A DNA stretch of 64,000 nt from an uncultured Erysipelotrichaceae bacterium (lineage in GTDB: Bacteria > Bacillota_I > Bacilli_A > RFN20 > CAG-826): assembly GCA_900314585.1 (NCBI GenBank), contig OMVV01000001.1, positions 8,613 to 72,612 on the forward strand, in the 5' to 3' direction. Below, in pieces: positions 62,551-64,000 of the stretch (its first letter is position 1; the number at the start of each line of letters is the position of its first letter). The notes beneath the pieces are model-generated. The model searched no databases. It was not told the DNA's origin and worked only from the letters and a program-made list of their open reading frames with translations. Made by a program: the position numbers and the translations under genes.

Positions 62551-64000
62551 ATGGCATCCGAAGAAGTAATTATTTCTTTAAATAATGTCGAGAAATCATT
62601 CGGGGATTTTTTTGCTGTCGATCACGTCAGCCTCGACATTAAAAAGGGTCAATTCGTCACAATCCTTGGCCCATCTGGTTGTGGTAAAACAACAACCTTA
62701 AGAATGATTGGAGGTTTTGAACTTCCAACCGGTGGAACGATTTTGTTAAACAATTCTGACATTACAAAACTCCCACCTTACAAGCGACCAATCAATACCG
62801 TTTTCCAACGATATGCATTGTTCCCACACTTAAATGTATTTGATAACGTGGCCTTTGGACTTCGTTTTAAGAAGGTTCCAGTGGTGGTCACTAACAAAAA
62901 AGGTGAAAAAGTCACCAAGATGAAACACTTCAAGATGGATCAAATCACTGAAATGGTTCAAAAAGCTTTGAAAGTTGTTGGCCTTGATGAACTTTCTGAA
63001 CGTGACATTACCACCTTATCAGGTGGACAACAACAACGTGTCGCAATCGCGCGTTGCATTGTCAATAAGCCAGAGATTCTTCTTTTAGATGAACCTTTAG
63101 GCGCGCTTGACTTAAAGATGCGCAAGGACATGCAGATTGAATTAAAGGAAATGCATAAGAAACTTGGCATCACCTTTATTTATGTCACTCACGACCAAGA
63201 AGAAGCCTTAACAATGTCAGATGTTATCGTTGTCATGAATCACGGAGTTATCCAACAAGTTGGAACCCCAGAAGAAATATATAATGAACCTGCGAACGCT
63301 TTCGTCGCTGACTTCATTGGCGAATCCAACATCTATAATGCAGTTATGACTGGTAAGAAAGTCGTTAAATTCCTTGGTAAAGAATTCAAATGTGTCGATG
63401 ACTTCCCACTCGATGAACGTGTCGATGTCGTCGTCCGTCCTGAAGATGTTATCTTAGGTAAGCCTAATAAAGGCAAAGTCAATGGTGAAATCGTCTCCAA
63501 AGTCTTTAAAGGTGTTCATTATGAATATGTCATCAATATCGGTAAGAATGAGTTAATCGCTAAATCAACCGAAGATTTCAAAGAAGGCGAAGTCTCAATC
63601 GATGTTAAACCTGATGGCATTCATTTAATGAAGAAAGAAAATCTTGAAAATATTTATCCAAACTGTGAAGTTCTTAAAAACAACAATATAGAACTCGCAG
63701 ACGGTGAACTTGAAGTCGACTTATCTCAACTCATCAAAGGCTCCAAAATTGATGAAGATGGTTATTTGGTCTCCGGTTCAAAGAAATATGATTTAACTGG
63801 TGCGAAACTCACCATTGAAATCCCACTTGATAAAATTGACATCTATGATGACACTGAAAGTGGTCAAATTTCAGGTGTGATCGTTTCCTCCATTTATAAA
63901 GGCGATCACTATCGCATCATCGTTAGAAGTGAAGATGATGAAGAGTTCATCGTTGACACCAACTACGAAAACAATTTAGGCGATCAAGTTCGTCTTGATA
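62551..64000 (+). CDS. potA: spermidine/putrescine-type ABC transporter ATP-binding protein, extended form (3' end beyond the window)
   Basis: SD GGAGG upstream. Walker A GPSGCGKTT, Q-loop VFQRYALFPH, signature LSGGQQQRVAIAR and Walker B ILLLDEPLGALD are present. The ORF is open to the window end (483 codons), so it is missing from the ORF track. Confidence 0.9.
   Translation, partial: MASEEVIISLNNVEKSFGDFFAVDHVSLDIKKGQFVTILGPSGCGKTTTLRMIGGFELPTGGTILLNNSDITKLPPYKRPINTVFQRYALFPHLNVFDNVAFGLRFKKVPVVVTNKKGEKVTKMKHFKMDQITEMVQKALKVVGLDELSERDITTLSGGQQQRVAIARCIVNKPEILLLDEPLGALDLKMRKDMQIELKEMHKKLGITFIYVTHDQEEALTMSDVIVVMNHGVIQQVGTPEEIYNEPANAFVADFIGESNIYNAVMTGKKVVKFLGKEFKCVDDFPLDERVDVVVRPEDVILGKPNKGKVNGEIVSKVFKGVHYEYVINIGKNELIAKSTEDFKEGEVSIDVKPDGIHLMKKENLENIYPNCEVLKNNNIELADGELEVDLSQLIKGSKIDEDGYLVSGSKKYDLTGAKLTIEIPLDKIDIYDDTESGQISGVIVSSIYKGDHYRIIVRSEDDEEFIVDTNYENNLGDQVRLD

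Overview
This is an AT-rich, gene-dense chromosomal window with about 60 CDS and 1 tRNA. I found no rRNA, transposase, integrase or CRISPR array. The organism looks like a low-GC Firmicutes/Mollicutes-type bacterium using the standard code, because TGA acts as a stop in several ATGA gene junctions. Most of the window is core informational genes in Bacillus-like synteny: rplT-rpmI-infC behind an L20-type leader, thrS, a dnaB-like/dnaI pair, dnaE-polA-(mutM::coaE fusion), an nrnA-like gene, ackA, glgB-glgP, a trmH-family gene, pheST and a yceD-like gene. These are followed by a minimal division cluster (mraZ-rsmH-ftsA-ftsZ) with no peptidoglycan genes, then ileS-lspA-rluD, rnhC, mutS2-uvrC and tRNA-Arg(UCU). 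Three T-box leaders have readable specifiers: Thr ACC, Phe UUC and Ile AUC. The accessory content is: (1) a 952-aa acidic lipoprotein with tandem Ig-like repeats; (2) a tRNA-adjacent segment with two tandem secreted paralogs; (3) an AbrB-like/ABC/ABC-2 cluster followed by two unknown membrane proteins; (4) a tight operon of DUF1624-like acyltransferase, acyl-CoA ligase, a 42-aa zinc ribbon, an amidohydrolase and a SHOCT protein; (5) a double thioredoxin-like lipoprotein; and (6) the start of an extended potA. I see no canonical defence or mobile system. The best candidates for undescribed biology are the surface-protein module family after the tRNA, the five-gene AbrB/ABC/membrane cluster, two unannotated mini-ORFs (53 aa in the FtsL position and a 42-aa zinc ribbon), and the stripped-down division cluster. 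All function calls come from motif recognition by eye, with no database search.
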